A stretch of 64,000 nt of DNA from a virus. The stretch covers positions 46,054 through 110,053 of the IMG/VR virus record IMGVR_UViG_3300037262_000003; one strand, given 5' to 3'. The position numbers and the translations under genes are program-made. Numbering within the stretch: the first letter of the stretch is position 1; every line of letters starts with the position of its first letter. The notes under the pieces are model-generated. The model had not been told where the DNA came from. It ran no database searches and saw only the letters and a program-made list of their open reading frames with translations. Of the stretch, positions 1 through 9,973 are shown in pieces.

Positions 1-2040
1 AGCGTGGAGCGACACCGATGGTGTTCCAGTGGATGCGAAAGCCAGCGCGGTAGCGACGTACGTCGCACCAGGGATGGCCGGTACATTCTCGGGGAAGGCA
101 TATCCGTTTACCGCAGTCGATACCAGCGACATAGAGTGCGTGCCATGGTATGCAAAGGAGGCAGACTGTGTGACCGTGGCATTGTTGCCCTGCCAAGGGG
201 TGATGCCCGTCTCGAAGTCGTAGTTCTGGTTGAGTACAACCTGCTGTCCCGGTGGCGTGGCTCCTGTGCTCTGACGCAGGGCGATGAAGTTGGTGTTCCC
301 GAATGACACAACCTGGTTGGTCTGGTAAGTCGTGGTGCTATTCCAGGGCTGAATCCCAGACGGCACTGGCACACCGTGCTCGATTACTAGCTGAGGGTCA
401 GGATACAACGCGGTAGCGGTAACACCTGCGGTTGACCTAGCAACAGACCTTAGCAGGGCGTTGGTTATAGTGCTGCCAGTGTTGTTGTTGACGCGGAACG
501 TGTTGCCGTAGCCATTAGGCCCGGTGACCGGTGTGGTTCCTGACTCTGCCCATGCCTGAGGAGTCGGGAAACCGACTCCCATTGCAGAAGCGTAGGCTGC
601 ACCGGATGCGTTAGTGAACTCCCACGTGCCCGAATTCGATGCCAGACCGGAGATGCTGATAGGAACGTTGTACTCGGCACCGTTCTTATCGCCGCCGTAG
701 ACGGCGGTCCAGTAAGTCGTCGCGCTCAGAGAACCCGAAGGCTGCTCGTTCTCATTAGCCAGAATGCAGACGTAAAGGTACGGCCCGTTGACACTCTGGG
801 ACCAGTTGGCTGTAGTCGTCGGGAGGACCTGCGTCGTGTTGGCTACCGTGCAGGTGTAGAACAGGTCGTTGTACATCACGACAGATCCTACGTTATAAGT
901 ACTTACAACACTCCATGACTGCGCTACAGGGAAGGTCACCAGATTGCCTGCGACATAAGACATGTTGGCAGACCAGGGAGCGGTCCTAGGATCATCGGGT
1001 TCGCTCTGGTCATCATCGAGCATGAAGTTGCGAGTCGTCTGAATGTCAGCCTGGTAGCCCGTCAGCAGTGTGATGTGCTCTGCGATGCCCGCAAGTGTGC
1101 CGCGCTCCTGCATGACACGGCCCCAGAACAGGGCAGCCTTACGTGTGGTGTAAGCCGGAAGCTCTGGGTTATACGGCAGGCCGATCTCAGCGCAAAGATT
1201 CTCAAGATCCCCGAGGCTCATGGTCATGGGGTTGTTGAGGGAGTTGAACTTCTGATCGTACTGCGACTTAACAAGGTCAAGCCCCATGCCCACTACTGCC
1301 AGGAACTGAGGCAGGGCTTGGTTGTCAGGCTGTTCAGCCCTGTTGACCCACTGCCATTCGGGCGCACTTGAGTAGGAGATAGTCACACTGCCGTTAGCGG
1401 GAAGCGTGAAGAACGACTGCATACCAAGCGGAATGTTGTTAACCAGGACATTGCAGGCGAAAGATAGCCATACGTCAACGTCGTAGCTGTAAGGGTTTGA
1501 GACATTTCCGCCAGACGATGGCATAGTGGGCGCGGGTACGGGAATGTCTGTGACAACCGTGTCTATGGTCTGGCTCTGGAAGAACGCAGGCAGATCCTGC
1601 ATGAGCTTGATGTCATAACCGTAGTAGTAAGGCATGAGACCGGCGGTGAAGCCACCGCGAAGCCATACCCCGGCGGACAGTACGTAGATCCCGTAGTACT
1701 GGACCGTTCCAGGGCTGGGAGAGGTGTCAACGTACGAGTAAGGGTACGACGGAGGCGCACCTGTGACATCTAGGACAATGGTTCCGTCATTCTCGTCAAC
1801 CGGGAATCCCCAGGTGTTGGAGATCAGACGGAACTCAGTCACAGTTGCGTTAGTGCCCGGCCCGAGAGGACCCCAGGTCACAAGAATGTTGCCGTAGTCC
1901 TGAACGGTAGCAGCCATACCCGGAAAGATATAGGCCGTGTTGACTACCGGGATGGTGATCTGTGAGCCAGGGTAGTTCCCGGTGGGCGGAGTCGGCCCGT
2001 AAGTAGACAGACCGTAGTCGTCATAGCCATAAGTCGCCAC
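1..2040 (-). CDS. Baseplate wedge / tail protein I-like with carbohydrate-binding repeats (partial, runs off window)
   Basis: GTG at 2040 after GGGGGA. Read by hand as MATYGYDDYGLSTYG...; contains RKAALFWGRVMQERGTLAGIAEHITLLTGY and W-x4-Y CBM-like repeats. Absent from the ORF track because it has no stop in the window. Confidence 0.75.
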   Translation of the reverse strand, partial: MATYGYDDYGLSTYGPTPPTGNYPGSQITIPVVNTAYIFPGMAATVQDYGNILVTWGPLGPGTNATVTEFRLISNTWGFPVDENDGTIVLDVTGAPPSYPYSYVDTSPSPGTVQYYGIYVLSAGVWLRGGFTAGLMPYYYGYDIKLMQDLPAFFQSQTIDTVVTDIPVPAPTMPSSGGNVSNPYSYDVDVWLSFACNVLVNNIPLGMQSFFTLPANGSVTISYSSAPEWQWVNRAEQPDNQALPQFLAVVGMGLDLVKSQYDQKFNSLNNPMTMSLGDLENLCAEIGLPYNPELPAYTTRKAALFWGRVMQERGTLAGIAEHITLLTGYQADIQTTRNFMLDDDQSEPDDPRTAPWSANMSYVAGNLVTFPVAQSWSVVSTYNVGSVVMYNDLFYTCTVANTTQVLPTTTANWSQSVNGPYLYVCILANENEQPSGSLSATTYWTAVYGGDKNGAEYNVPISISGLASNSGTWEFTNASGAAYASAMGVGFPTPQAWAESGTTPVTGPNGYGNTFRVNNNTGSTITNALLRSVARSTAGVTATALYPDPQLVIEHGVPVPSGIQPWNSTTTYQTNQVVSFGNTNFIALRQSTGATPPGQQVVLNQNYDFETGITPWQGNNATVTQSASFAYHGTHSMSLVSTAVNGYAFPENVPAIPGATYVATALAFASTGTPSVSLHA

Positions 2041-2050
2041 GGATTCCCCC

Positions 2051-2725
2051 TTACGACTTTAGGAAGTACGCTGATAGATTCATACTCTGGACTGCCAGAG
2101 GGTTGACGTTAGTGAAGTTGCCCGACGATACCCCTATGACCGTGCCCGGACCTACCCAGCCTACGTACGTGGCTTCATTGTGCCCGTCAAGGTTAAGGAA
2201 CCTCTCACCATAGGCGTTCGATCCAGAGCCAGGGAACTGACTGTAGCTAAAGATATCACGGCGCAGCACAGCGCCATTGGACATTAGCTGCATCATGACC
2301 CAGCCCGAGCCAGCGTAGGCCCAGCGCTGGAATGCGTGGAGAATCCACACACCACCGTCCACGATAGTAATGGTCCCACTGCCGTTAAGGTAGTTTCCCC
2401 AGCCTGTCGTGGTAGTTCCGAAGGGGTTAGCCACGGCGTGGAAGGTGCTCACGTCTGTGCTGTGCGCCACATTCCAGTTGGTGTTCCTTGAGATCTCAAC
2501 AAAAGGATGTCCAGTCTGAGCCTGAGCTGCCGCAAGACGAGCAGACATAGAACTGAATGTCTTGGTCGCACCGTTGACTGCGAAGGACTCGATCTGAGGG
2601 TTAGGACCGATGTAGGTCTCAAGGGCGGCGATCTCAGCAGCCAGAGCGTTAGGGTCGGCAGCCCACACAGTCTCGCCATCGATCCTCTGCGTCCAGTTGA
2701 CTACTGACGTAGGATATGAAGCCAT
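2051..2725 (-). CDS. Virion (baseplate/tail-associated) protein
   Basis: 224 aa, coupled to baseplate J, coiled N-terminus NALAAEIAALE. Confidence 0.6.
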   Translation of the reverse strand: MASYPTSVVNWTQRIDGETVWAADPNALAAEIAALETYIGPNPQIESFAVNGATKTFSSMSARLAAAQAQTGHPFVEISRNTNWNVAHSTDVSTFHAVANPFGTTTTGWGNYLNGSGTITIVDGGVWILHAFQRWAYAGSGWVMMQLMSNGAVLRRDIFSYSQFPGSGSNAYGERFLNLDGHNEATYVGWVGPGTVIGVSSGNFTNVNPLAVQSMNLSAYFLKS

Positions 2726-4230
2726 TAGATACCGCCGCTCACACTCAAAGTAAAGTTGCCGGGCACTGGGATCTCGAATGCACGGAGCTGAATCGGGTTG
2801 GTGTTCGTCTGGGGTGCGTCTTCACGCGAGATGATAGTCACCACTGCGTATGCCACGCCCGCCACTCCTAGTATTGTCCCGTAGATTCCGCCGACAGTGA
2901 GAAGCTGCCCGAACGTGGTGTTGGGGTTGCTCAGCATGGTGTTCAGGGATGACTCCACGGATGCCAGCACGCCCGAGTTGCTGTAGCTAGGAAGAACCTG
3001 AATGCTGGCGGTGACATCTACTGCCACAAGAGTAGGGGCGGCGGCACTGACAGTCACGCCAGCCAGGGTCTTGCCCACGAAGGCAGCCAGTACGGAAGCC
3101 TGCTGTGTCGAGCTTGCAGGCTGGTTGTTGTTGCCCATGAGGTACAACGTCACGCTAGTGCTGTGCAGAGCTACCGCTGCCACCGTCGTGATGCCAGGGA
3201 CGTTCTCAGCGATGGACTCGAAGTCGTCAAGAGAGACTGCTCTCTGTATCGTAGTGAACGCAGCAGGTGCATTGGCGCGGATCTGATCGTTGGTCTCGGG
3301 GTCAGTTCCGCCTGTCATGGCGGTCGATACGTAGGCGTTGGAGATGAGCTGCGTGGCAACGCCCGTGATTGGGGTCAGGAAGGTACCAACGCTGCCCGCT
3401 GAGACGTTCCCAGCACTTCCCTGACCAACTCTGTAGGTAGCGGTGATAGTCCCCCCAGAGACCGGTATAGCCCCGTTAACGTTGTCCCCGAACTGGACCC
3501 ATGTCAGGCCGGTCGAGTCAAGGTACGTAGTGTAAACCAGATCACCAGGACCGAAGTCCCCTAGGAACTGCACGTAGCTCCACTGTACCGCTGTGCCACC
3601 TACGGCGGTGACCTGAACAGAGACAGTGCCGTCGATGATGCCAGTCTGAGGCAGGCTGAATGCCTGCGCGGCAGTGCCAGCAGACGTGCCTACAGTGTAG
3701 TTCGATATTGTCTCACCCTGCGTTACTGTGAGCGTGAGTGTTCCGCCGTTGGCTGGTACCAGGTAAGAAGCCTGGCCCGGATCGATCTCGTAGACCACAG
3801 TCGTGTCGGTGATGGCGTTGAAGCCAGTCATGAGCTGGGTCAGCGGAGGCACAGTAGTAGCAGGTGAGCCCGCGAAGGTCTGTAGGGTCACGCTTCCGAT
3901 AGCAGGAGTGCCATTGGATACCGTGTATCCCAATAGCGCTGCGATGTTTAGCAGACTCTGGCGCTGTGTGGCAGTCGGAAGGTATGCCTCCTGGCTGATC
4001 CTATCGCCATAGTAGGACAGGATATCACCCTCGTAGGCGAATGCCTCGATGATGGCCAGGCCGATGTCACCCTCAGAGGTTCCAATGTCCCAGCCCGGCA
4101 TTGCTGTCGCGACGTAGGTCTGCAATGATGACATGAATCCCAGGAAGTCCTTGGACGTATAGTCCACGGACGCAGGGATGGTAAGCCCTGTGATGACCGG
4201 GGGAGTCGCGAAAGGATTAGTTGTTACCAT
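2725..4230 (-). CDS. Baseplate J-like wedge protein
   Basis: DYTSKDF, SYYGDRISQEAYLPTATQRQS, GGTDPETNDQIR, RAVSLDDF motifs. Confidence 0.9.
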   Translation of the reverse strand: MVTTNPFATPPVITGLTIPASVDYTSKDFLGFMSSLQTYVATAMPGWDIGTSEGDIGLAIIEAFAYEGDILSYYGDRISQEAYLPTATQRQSLLNIAALLGYTVSNGTPAIGSVTLQTFAGSPATTVPPLTQLMTGFNAITDTTVVYEIDPGQASYLVPANGGTLTLTVTQGETISNYTVGTSAGTAAQAFSLPQTGIIDGTVSVQVTAVGGTAVQWSYVQFLGDFGPGDLVYTTYLDSTGLTWVQFGDNVNGAIPVSGGTITATYRVGQGSAGNVSAGSVGTFLTPITGVATQLISNAYVSTAMTGGTDPETNDQIRANAPAAFTTIQRAVSLDDFESIAENVPGITTVAAVALHSTSVTLYLMGNNNQPASSTQQASVLAAFVGKTLAGVTVSAAAPTLVAVDVTASIQVLPSYSNSGVLASVESSLNTMLSNPNTTFGQLLTVGGIYGTILGVAGVAYAVVTIISREDAPQTNTNPIQLRAFEIPVPGNFTLSVSGGI

Positions 4231-4633
4231 TGGTGATTGTTCCCCCAACGCTCATGGTGGCCTGCTGGTAGATCGGAGTCGTCGCAGTGCCCACTACGTT
4301 GACGTTGCTTGAAGAGTACTGAACGTTGACAGCGGCCAGCCCGGACTGTGCGTCAGTTGACTGTGCAGGAGTGACATTCTCGATGTCAATGTTGGGTTCC
4401 CACTGAGAGAAGGCATCGATAACGTCATTCTGTACAACATTTAGCAGGATAGGGTCGTTGTTTCCAAACACTAGGCCCGCGAGGTTCAGTCCGTAGCTAG
4501 CTAGCATGACCCTCTCACCGATGACGGTGGAGATCAGACTCTGGACATGCTGATCAGTGACGGCAGCAGTATCGCTGACCGTCGCAATGATACCGTTCGG
4601 GCCGAGCTGGAACGGAAGCAAAATCTCTGTCAT
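4217..4633 (-). CDS. Baseplate wedge subunit, gp25/GPW-like
   Basis: GERVMLASYG...WEP motif; gene position. Confidence 0.85.
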   Translation of the reverse strand: MTEILLPFQLGPNGIIATVSDTAAVTDQHVQSLISTVIGERVMLASYGLNLAGLVFGNNDPILLNVVQNDVIDAFSQWEPNIDIENVTPAQSTDAQSGLAAVNVQYSSSNVNVVGTATTPIYQQATMSVGGTITNGNN

Positions 4634-4648
4634 ATCATAAGAATACCG

Positions 4649-6274
4649 TTACGCTCCCTTGCGGGTGAATACGCTTCCGTAGTTGGAGGCAGTCTGGGTA
4701 GTTCCCGAGGGATTACCCCCCCAGGAGCTATCCAAGGCGATAGTATTCGACACTGTGGTGTTAAACGCGACATTCGTTGCCTGGCTGGACAGGAACCACG
4801 CGTCAGTGCTAGCCCCGCCCTGAAGATTTCCAGTAAACGCCACTCCACCCTTGATGAAAATGTTGACCACGCCAGACGTACCAGTCGATATGACGACCAT
4901 CCTCAACCGGATCTCTCCGGTGTACGTTGTGCTCGGGGCCATTGCTGTTGCGCCGATAATGTCACCACCGGAAGTAGACACAGCAGTACCGTTGAGGCTG
5001 GGCTTGTACCCGTATGTCTCGACTGTCGTCCAGGTAGTAAAGCTGAATGGAGTCTCTATCTCGTAGATGGTCCCGACCTGGGCGTCATTAGCAGGGATGG
5101 ACCACTGCCTGGTCATCGGATTGTATCCGGTGAGGTTGGCGTTGTTGTCTACGGTATTATCGGCCTGGGTGATGAGAGTGTATCCAGAAAGAGCCGAATG
5201 AGGTGAGGTGACTCCGCCCGATAGCGCGATGGGCGCATTGGCTGTGATCTCGGATGAGTTCCAGACTAGTATTTCCAGGGCTCCCGCCGCAGAGATCGAC
5301 ATGAGGTAGCCCTCACATAGATGACCGGCTGCCAGACCCGTCTCACTGCTCAACAGGGCTATTCCGACACCCTTGCTATCTGCTGTGCTGACCGGGCCAG
5401 TCAACCACGACACAATCTGCTCGGTAGAACCCGATCCCTGAGCCCATGTCTGAAATTTTGCCGGTGTTAGCTCGACAGTAGTACCTGTTGCCTGGACGTG
5501 AGCAGCCGATGATCCGTTAAGGGTGTCTCCGAATACAGTCAAAGCCGAGTAAGCATTGCTTGACCCGGTACCATACGTGGCCACTCCCGAAATGTATTGA
5601 TTGCCATCCGCCTCAGGCACGTTGATTATCTCATAGTCGTTCCCGGGCACGGGGGACACGGAGGCGTCGAGGTTTCCGGATGCCGGTGTTCCAGTATAGG
5701 CGAGGATCTGCCCGCTGGTTCCGTCCGCGATAAACGTAGCTCCGGTGATTGTGCCGCCTGTGATGTCGGGCTCAACCACACCCAGAGGGTTAGTTCCTGC
5801 GCCGCTCTGCGCTGAGGTCACCCAGGAGAATGTGGATGTGCCCGAGTTGAACGTCCAAATCTGGGCAGGACCGTAGAATGTGGTGCCGTCCACTGCAAAG
5901 GTCTCGTACCAGACATCCCCGATCTTAGGGTCAGCGGGAGCGCTCGGAGTGTAGTAAACCGCAGTGATCCCTGCATTGATTATGGGGTCAAGATCAAGCG
6001 GGCCGATCCATGCGGGCTGAGAAGGATCACCGCCAATGAACGAGCAGGCCACTGTGGTCGTGTTATTGGGAATCGAATAGTACGTTCCCAGCGGCACAGC
6101 CCAGGCAGACACAGAGTTGCCCAGAACCTGAGGCACATTCAACTGGAGACGGCCCACGCCAAGAGGGTCATCGTTATTGATGACAGTTCCGGCGTAGATA
6201 CCTGGCCATAGTGGTACTGTGCCCTCGCCTGCGCTGGGTAGATAAGTACTTCCGTTGTTGACTGGGGTTGTCAT
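4649..6274 (-). CDS. Baseplate spike (gpV/gp5 OB-fold) with long C-terminal extension
   Basis: YAGTVINNDDPLGVGRLQLNVPQV...SAWA...FIGGDPSQPAWIG. Confidence 0.85.
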   Translation of the reverse strand: MTTPVNNGSTYLPSAGEGTVPLWPGIYAGTVINNDDPLGVGRLQLNVPQVLGNSVSAWAVPLGTYYSIPNNTTTVACSFIGGDPSQPAWIGPLDLDPIINAGITAVYYTPSAPADPKIGDVWYETFAVDGTTFYGPAQIWTFNSGTSTFSWVTSAQSGAGTNPLGVVEPDITGGTITGATFIADGTSGQILAYTGTPASGNLDASVSPVPGNDYEIINVPEADGNQYISGVATYGTGSSNAYSALTVFGDTLNGSSAAHVQATGTTVELTPAKFQTWAQGSGSTEQIVSWLTGPVSTADSKGVGIALLSSETGLAAGHLCEGYLMSISAAGALEILVWNSSEITANAPIALSGGVTSPHSALSGYTLITQADNTVDNNANLTGYNPMTRQWSIPANDAQVGTIYEIETPFSFTTWTTVETYGYKPSLNGTAVSTSGGDIIGATAMAPSTTYTGEIRLRMVVISTGTSGVVNIFIKGGVAFTGNLQGGASTDAWFLSSQATNVAFNTTVSNTIALDSSWGGNPSGTTQTASNYGSVFTRKGA

Positions 6275-7452
6275 CAGGCTCCGTTGGCTATGCCGTCAAC
6301 AATCACAGTCTGCTGCGATGCCTGCCATACGCCCTTATTGCTGACGCAGGAGACTATCTCCGGTGAGACTGTGACTATATTCTTGTAGGCCGGGACTGGC
6401 CCGCCACTGTTTCTTAGGATGTCTACTTGTGTAGTGTACTTGTCGAGTGTGGCCAAGGGTGAACCTGACATCAAGAGAAGATGTCTTGTCCTGGATATCA
6501 CCCAGTACCCAATATTACCAGCGGGCAGGGCGTTACCATCTAGGTAAACAATCTTGCCGGGATAGAGGCCCTGGTCACCGAAGAACTCAGCGGAAGCCCC
6601 GATCCAGAACTGACTAAGGCCAGCCCATGCGTTGATGACCTGCTGACCTTCGCCTATGCTGGTGACTGATCTCGTAGTGTTGACAATAGTAGGTCCGCTT
6701 CCTCCTGTGGAGTTGGAGATGAGGTTGCCAGTAGCTCCGTCAATTCCGTAGACGACACGATTTGCCACAGTTGCTCCGGGTAGGTTATTTCCCTGGAGGA
6801 CGGTGAAGTCTCGCATGGTGTCCTGCTGAAGCTGGGACTTGTCCTGCTGGAACGTAGACACATTCTGGTTGAATCCTCCCATGAAGTAGATCGCGGGGTC
6901 CACGAAGTACAGCGTGCCATTGCTGCACCAGAATCTGTACCCCGTCTTCTGGGCGAGATAGTTCATGAACTGGAAGTCAGACATGTTGGCCTGGGTCAAC
7001 TGATTCTGTATCTGAGCGCCCGACGTTACGACACAGCGAAATCCGTACTTCTTGGCCATGGACTTAGCCACGAACGTGCCAGTGACATTACCCCACTGAT
7101 AGCTCTGCTGGGTGTTCATGGGATAGCTAGTCCCGATGCAGTAGTAAGTGATCTGAAGATTGTGCGAGCCCGACTCTGCGTTCGACTTCATCTCGTAGTG
7201 GTTCAAGTACCCGTACCAGGTCATGAGCGCACCCGAAGACTGGCCCCAAGTCATAGTGATCAGGGCGTCAGAGGGCCATGTCACGATAGAAGACATGTCC
7301 TCACCACGGTTGTATTCGATACGCATGGCTGCGATGTCGTGCATACCCCAGCACATGTCAAGTGAGACGTTAAGTATCACATCTGATACAGGCACGCCGT
7401 TTACGGTCACTGCGTAAACGACGGGTGCTACTGGTATTAGCGTGGACGCCAT
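6274..7452 (-). CDS. Baseplate hub (gpD/VgrG-like)
   Basis: QANMSDFQFMNYLAQKTGYRFW...LYFVDP. Confidence 0.8.
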   Translation of the reverse strand: MASTLIPVAPVVYAVTVNGVPVSDVILNVSLDMCWGMHDIAAMRIEYNRGEDMSSIVTWPSDALITMTWGQSSGALMTWYGYLNHYEMKSNAESGSHNLQITYYCIGTSYPMNTQQSYQWGNVTGTFVAKSMAKKYGFRCVVTSGAQIQNQLTQANMSDFQFMNYLAQKTGYRFWCSNGTLYFVDPAIYFMGGFNQNVSTFQQDKSQLQQDTMRDFTVLQGNNLPGATVANRVVYGIDGATGNLISNSTGGSGPTIVNTTRSVTSIGEGQQVINAWAGLSQFWIGASAEFFGDQGLYPGKIVYLDGNALPAGNIGYWVISRTRHLLLMSGSPLATLDKYTTQVDILRNSGGPVPAYKNIVTVSPEIVSCVSNKGVWQASQQTVIVDGIANGA

Positions 7453-7501
7453 TACGATACCGTTCCGATGTACTTGAAGACATTACCCATTAGTCCCATG
7501 T

Positions 7502-7783
7502 CTATGAGACCGGGATTCTGATCTGGACTCCGACTGGCAAGACTGACCAGTCAATGATAACGTCCGGATTGATGTCAGCGATCTGCCACCACAGGGAAGA
7601 GTCGCCTAGATACGTGTTCGCCAAATTATCCAGCCTGTCAAAGCCCGTGACTGTATGAAGCATGAATGAGAACTGTGTGGACTCAGGCTCGGGCAGGGTG
7701 ATGGTCGTCCTGTTGATGCCGTCAGAGCCTGTGATCATGACCAGAGGATCGTTGGCGTACCTGCTGTTTGTTGTGATTGCCAT
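7502..7783 (-). CDS. LysM / tail protein X-like
   Basis: DRLDNLANTYLGDSSLWWQIADINP...GVQIRIP. Confidence 0.85.
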   Translation of the reverse strand: MAITTNSRYANDPLVMITGSDGINRTTITLPEPESTQFSFMLHTVTGFDRLDNLANTYLGDSSLWWQIADINPDVIIDWSVLPVGVQIRIPVS

Positions 7784-9918
7784 TAGCCTGTCACTCCCGC
7801 TGCGATGTTCCTGATGACTGCGCTCTTGGTCAGCCCGGTCTCTACTGCCTGAACCAAAGCAGCGGCGGTTGACTGCACATCAGGAGAGTTGTTGGTGCCC
7901 GACGTTAGGCCGCTTCCGTTGGTGGTCATTGTGATGGAACCGCTCTGGAAGATGATAGACAGTCCGGAACCACCAGAACCACCTATGCCTCCCGAGAATG
8001 AAGGCTGTAGCATCTTGGCAGTCTGTGCAGCGTTGATGATCTGCTGTCCGCCGGACATGGCCACGACTTCAGGGCCACGCTCACCGACAACTGCAAGACC
8101 GGGCTTGGTACTGCTAGACCCGTCCGAGTACCAGTTGTACTGACGCTCATGCGCCCAAGCAGTCTCGGGATCTCCATAGCGCTGCTTGATGTACTTAAGA
8201 CCTGCCTGGATCTGGGTCGCAGGATCACTGCTCTTGGAATAACCTACAGTGCCCCATGTCGTGTTGAGGAACTGGGCAATACCATACGCGGTAGAGGTCG
8301 GATTCTGGGCAGTGTTGTTCCATCCCGACTCCTGGTTCCACAGCGATACCAGGTCGTCCCATTCAGTGCCAGAGTTCCATCCCTTGTAAGAAGAGTTCAC
8401 CGAGATGATGTTCTTGGCCATGGCCTGGTTCTGCGATGCCGAGCTTGACGACGCACCAGTGTTGCCCGCTCCGCTACCACCGCTAGATGTGGAGTATCCA
8501 GTGAGGTCAGCAGCGAGGCCCGTGATGTCCTTGCCTAGGCTGCTGACATTGCCAGCGATAGCGTCAATGACTGTGTTGGAAATACCACCAGCACCTGCCC
8601 CGATTACGCCCGAAGAGTTAAGAGATCCCACAGCGCCAGCGAATCCCGAGGTACCTGCCATGGACTGCAATCCCTTGGCCAGGGCAGCGGTGAACTTGTT
8701 GATCATCCCGGTAGCATCCTGTAGACCCTGCGTGAACGCCTGGTTTCCGCCAGCCTCAGCACCTGTCTGACCTGCCTGGGCCTGAGTCATGGACTGTAGT
8801 AGAGACTGGCTCATGCCATGCTGACTCAGCCAGGACTGGGCCGCCTTCTGCTGAGAAGCCGATCCGTTCATGTACTGGCCGACTTCGTTCTGCATCTGGT
8901 TCATCGTCGTCTTACTGCCGACGACGGCCGTGTTCTCCTGTGCCCACTGCTGTGACCATGTGTTGTACTGAGACTGGCTCATGCCAGTGGCGTCCATGAT
9001 CTGCATCTGGAACAGAGGGTTGTCTAGGTTAGCTGAAAGGTTCTGGCTATTGAATGTGCCAGTAGCGGAGTTGTATCCCTGGAATCCGAATCTCTGCCCG
9101 ATAGCGCCTTCGACGGCGTTGATGTTGTTGGTCTTGCCAGTGCCGAGCTGGAGAGGGGTGGTGTTAACACCCATCATCATAAGGTTGTATGACGTGCTGG
9201 CGTTGTAAAACTGCCCGGCTACACCTGCTGAGCTAGCCATTCCAAGGCCGGGGTTAGCCATGGCAGTAGTTGCGGCAAGACCGAATGCCCCATTGCCTCT
9301 GCCGTATGTTCCTCCAGCAGGTGCGGTGTAATTCGCCTGTCCCGAGATCTGCGACAGGAGCTGTCCTCCGAGACGGGCGTCACTTGCCGATGTGGCCATG
9401 TTGTTCTGTGTGAGGTTTGCGCCGTTTCCACCGCCGAATGCCGTGGTGATGGCGGACTTCGACGAGACGTTCCAGAATGCAGCCTGGGTGTAGCCGTATG
9501 TGTTGATCGTGGCCTGGTTGTTTAGCTGCGCAGCACCGGCAGCGAACTGCCCGTTGACGGCAGAACTTGCAACGTTGACAAGGGCCTGAGCACCCGATCC
9601 GCTACCACCTGTGATACTGAAAGGGTTAACGCCTGACGTACCGCCTGATCCGTTGTATCCGCCCGATCCTAGATTGCTGGCAGCACCATTAGACCCGCCA
9701 CCCGCTCCTGCGTATGATCCACCGGAGAATGCCACTCCCTGAGCCGCAAGACTAGACGACATGGCAGGACTAGTAGTCATGCCGTTGCCGTTAGAGATAC
9801 CCTGGATGGCAGTAGTCAGTCCGTCCATTGTGCTGTCAAGACGGTCAATGGACTGCTGAAGGTCTGCCGACCCTGAGAGTACGCCCCCCATGGGGTCTGA
9901 CTGCGATGGTGTGGTCAT
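7783..9918 (-). CDS. Tape measure protein with lytic transglycosylase (SLT) domain
   Basis: LWNQESGWNNTAQNPTSTAYGIAQF...QIQAGLKYIKQRYG and VGERGPE; ATG at 9918 after AAAGAGG. Confidence 0.85.
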   Translation of the reverse strand: MTTPSQSDPMGGVLSGSADLQQSIDRLDSTMDGLTTAIQGISNGNGMTTSPAMSSSLAAQGVAFSGGSYAGAGGGSNGAASNLGSGGYNGSGGTSGVNPFSITGGSGSGAQALVNVASSAVNGQFAAGAAQLNNQATINTYGYTQAAFWNVSSKSAITTAFGGGNGANLTQNNMATSASDARLGGQLLSQISGQANYTAPAGGTYGRGNGAFGLAATTAMANPGLGMASSAGVAGQFYNASTSYNLMMMGVNTTPLQLGTGKTNNINAVEGAIGQRFGFQGYNSATGTFNSQNLSANLDNPLFQMQIMDATGMSQSQYNTWSQQWAQENTAVVGSKTTMNQMQNEVGQYMNGSASQQKAAQSWLSQHGMSQSLLQSMTQAQAGQTGAEAGGNQAFTQGLQDATGMINKFTAALAKGLQSMAGTSGFAGAVGSLNSSGVIGAGAGGISNTVIDAIAGNVSSLGKDITGLAADLTGYSTSSGGSGAGNTGASSSSASQNQAMAKNIISVNSSYKGWNSGTEWDDLVSLWNQESGWNNTAQNPTSTAYGIAQFLNTTWGTVGYSKSSDPATQIQAGLKYIKQRYGDPETAWAHERQYNWYSDGSSSTKPGLAVVGERGPEVVAMSGGQQIINAAQTAKMLQPSFSGGIGGSGGSGLSIIFQSGSITMTTNGSGLTSGTNNSPDVQSTAAALVQAVETGLTKSAVIRNIAAGVTG

Positions 9919-9973
9919 CGGGCCTCTTTCTCGTAATATGATTAGTATATCTTCTACAAGCTTGGAGTCCCCT

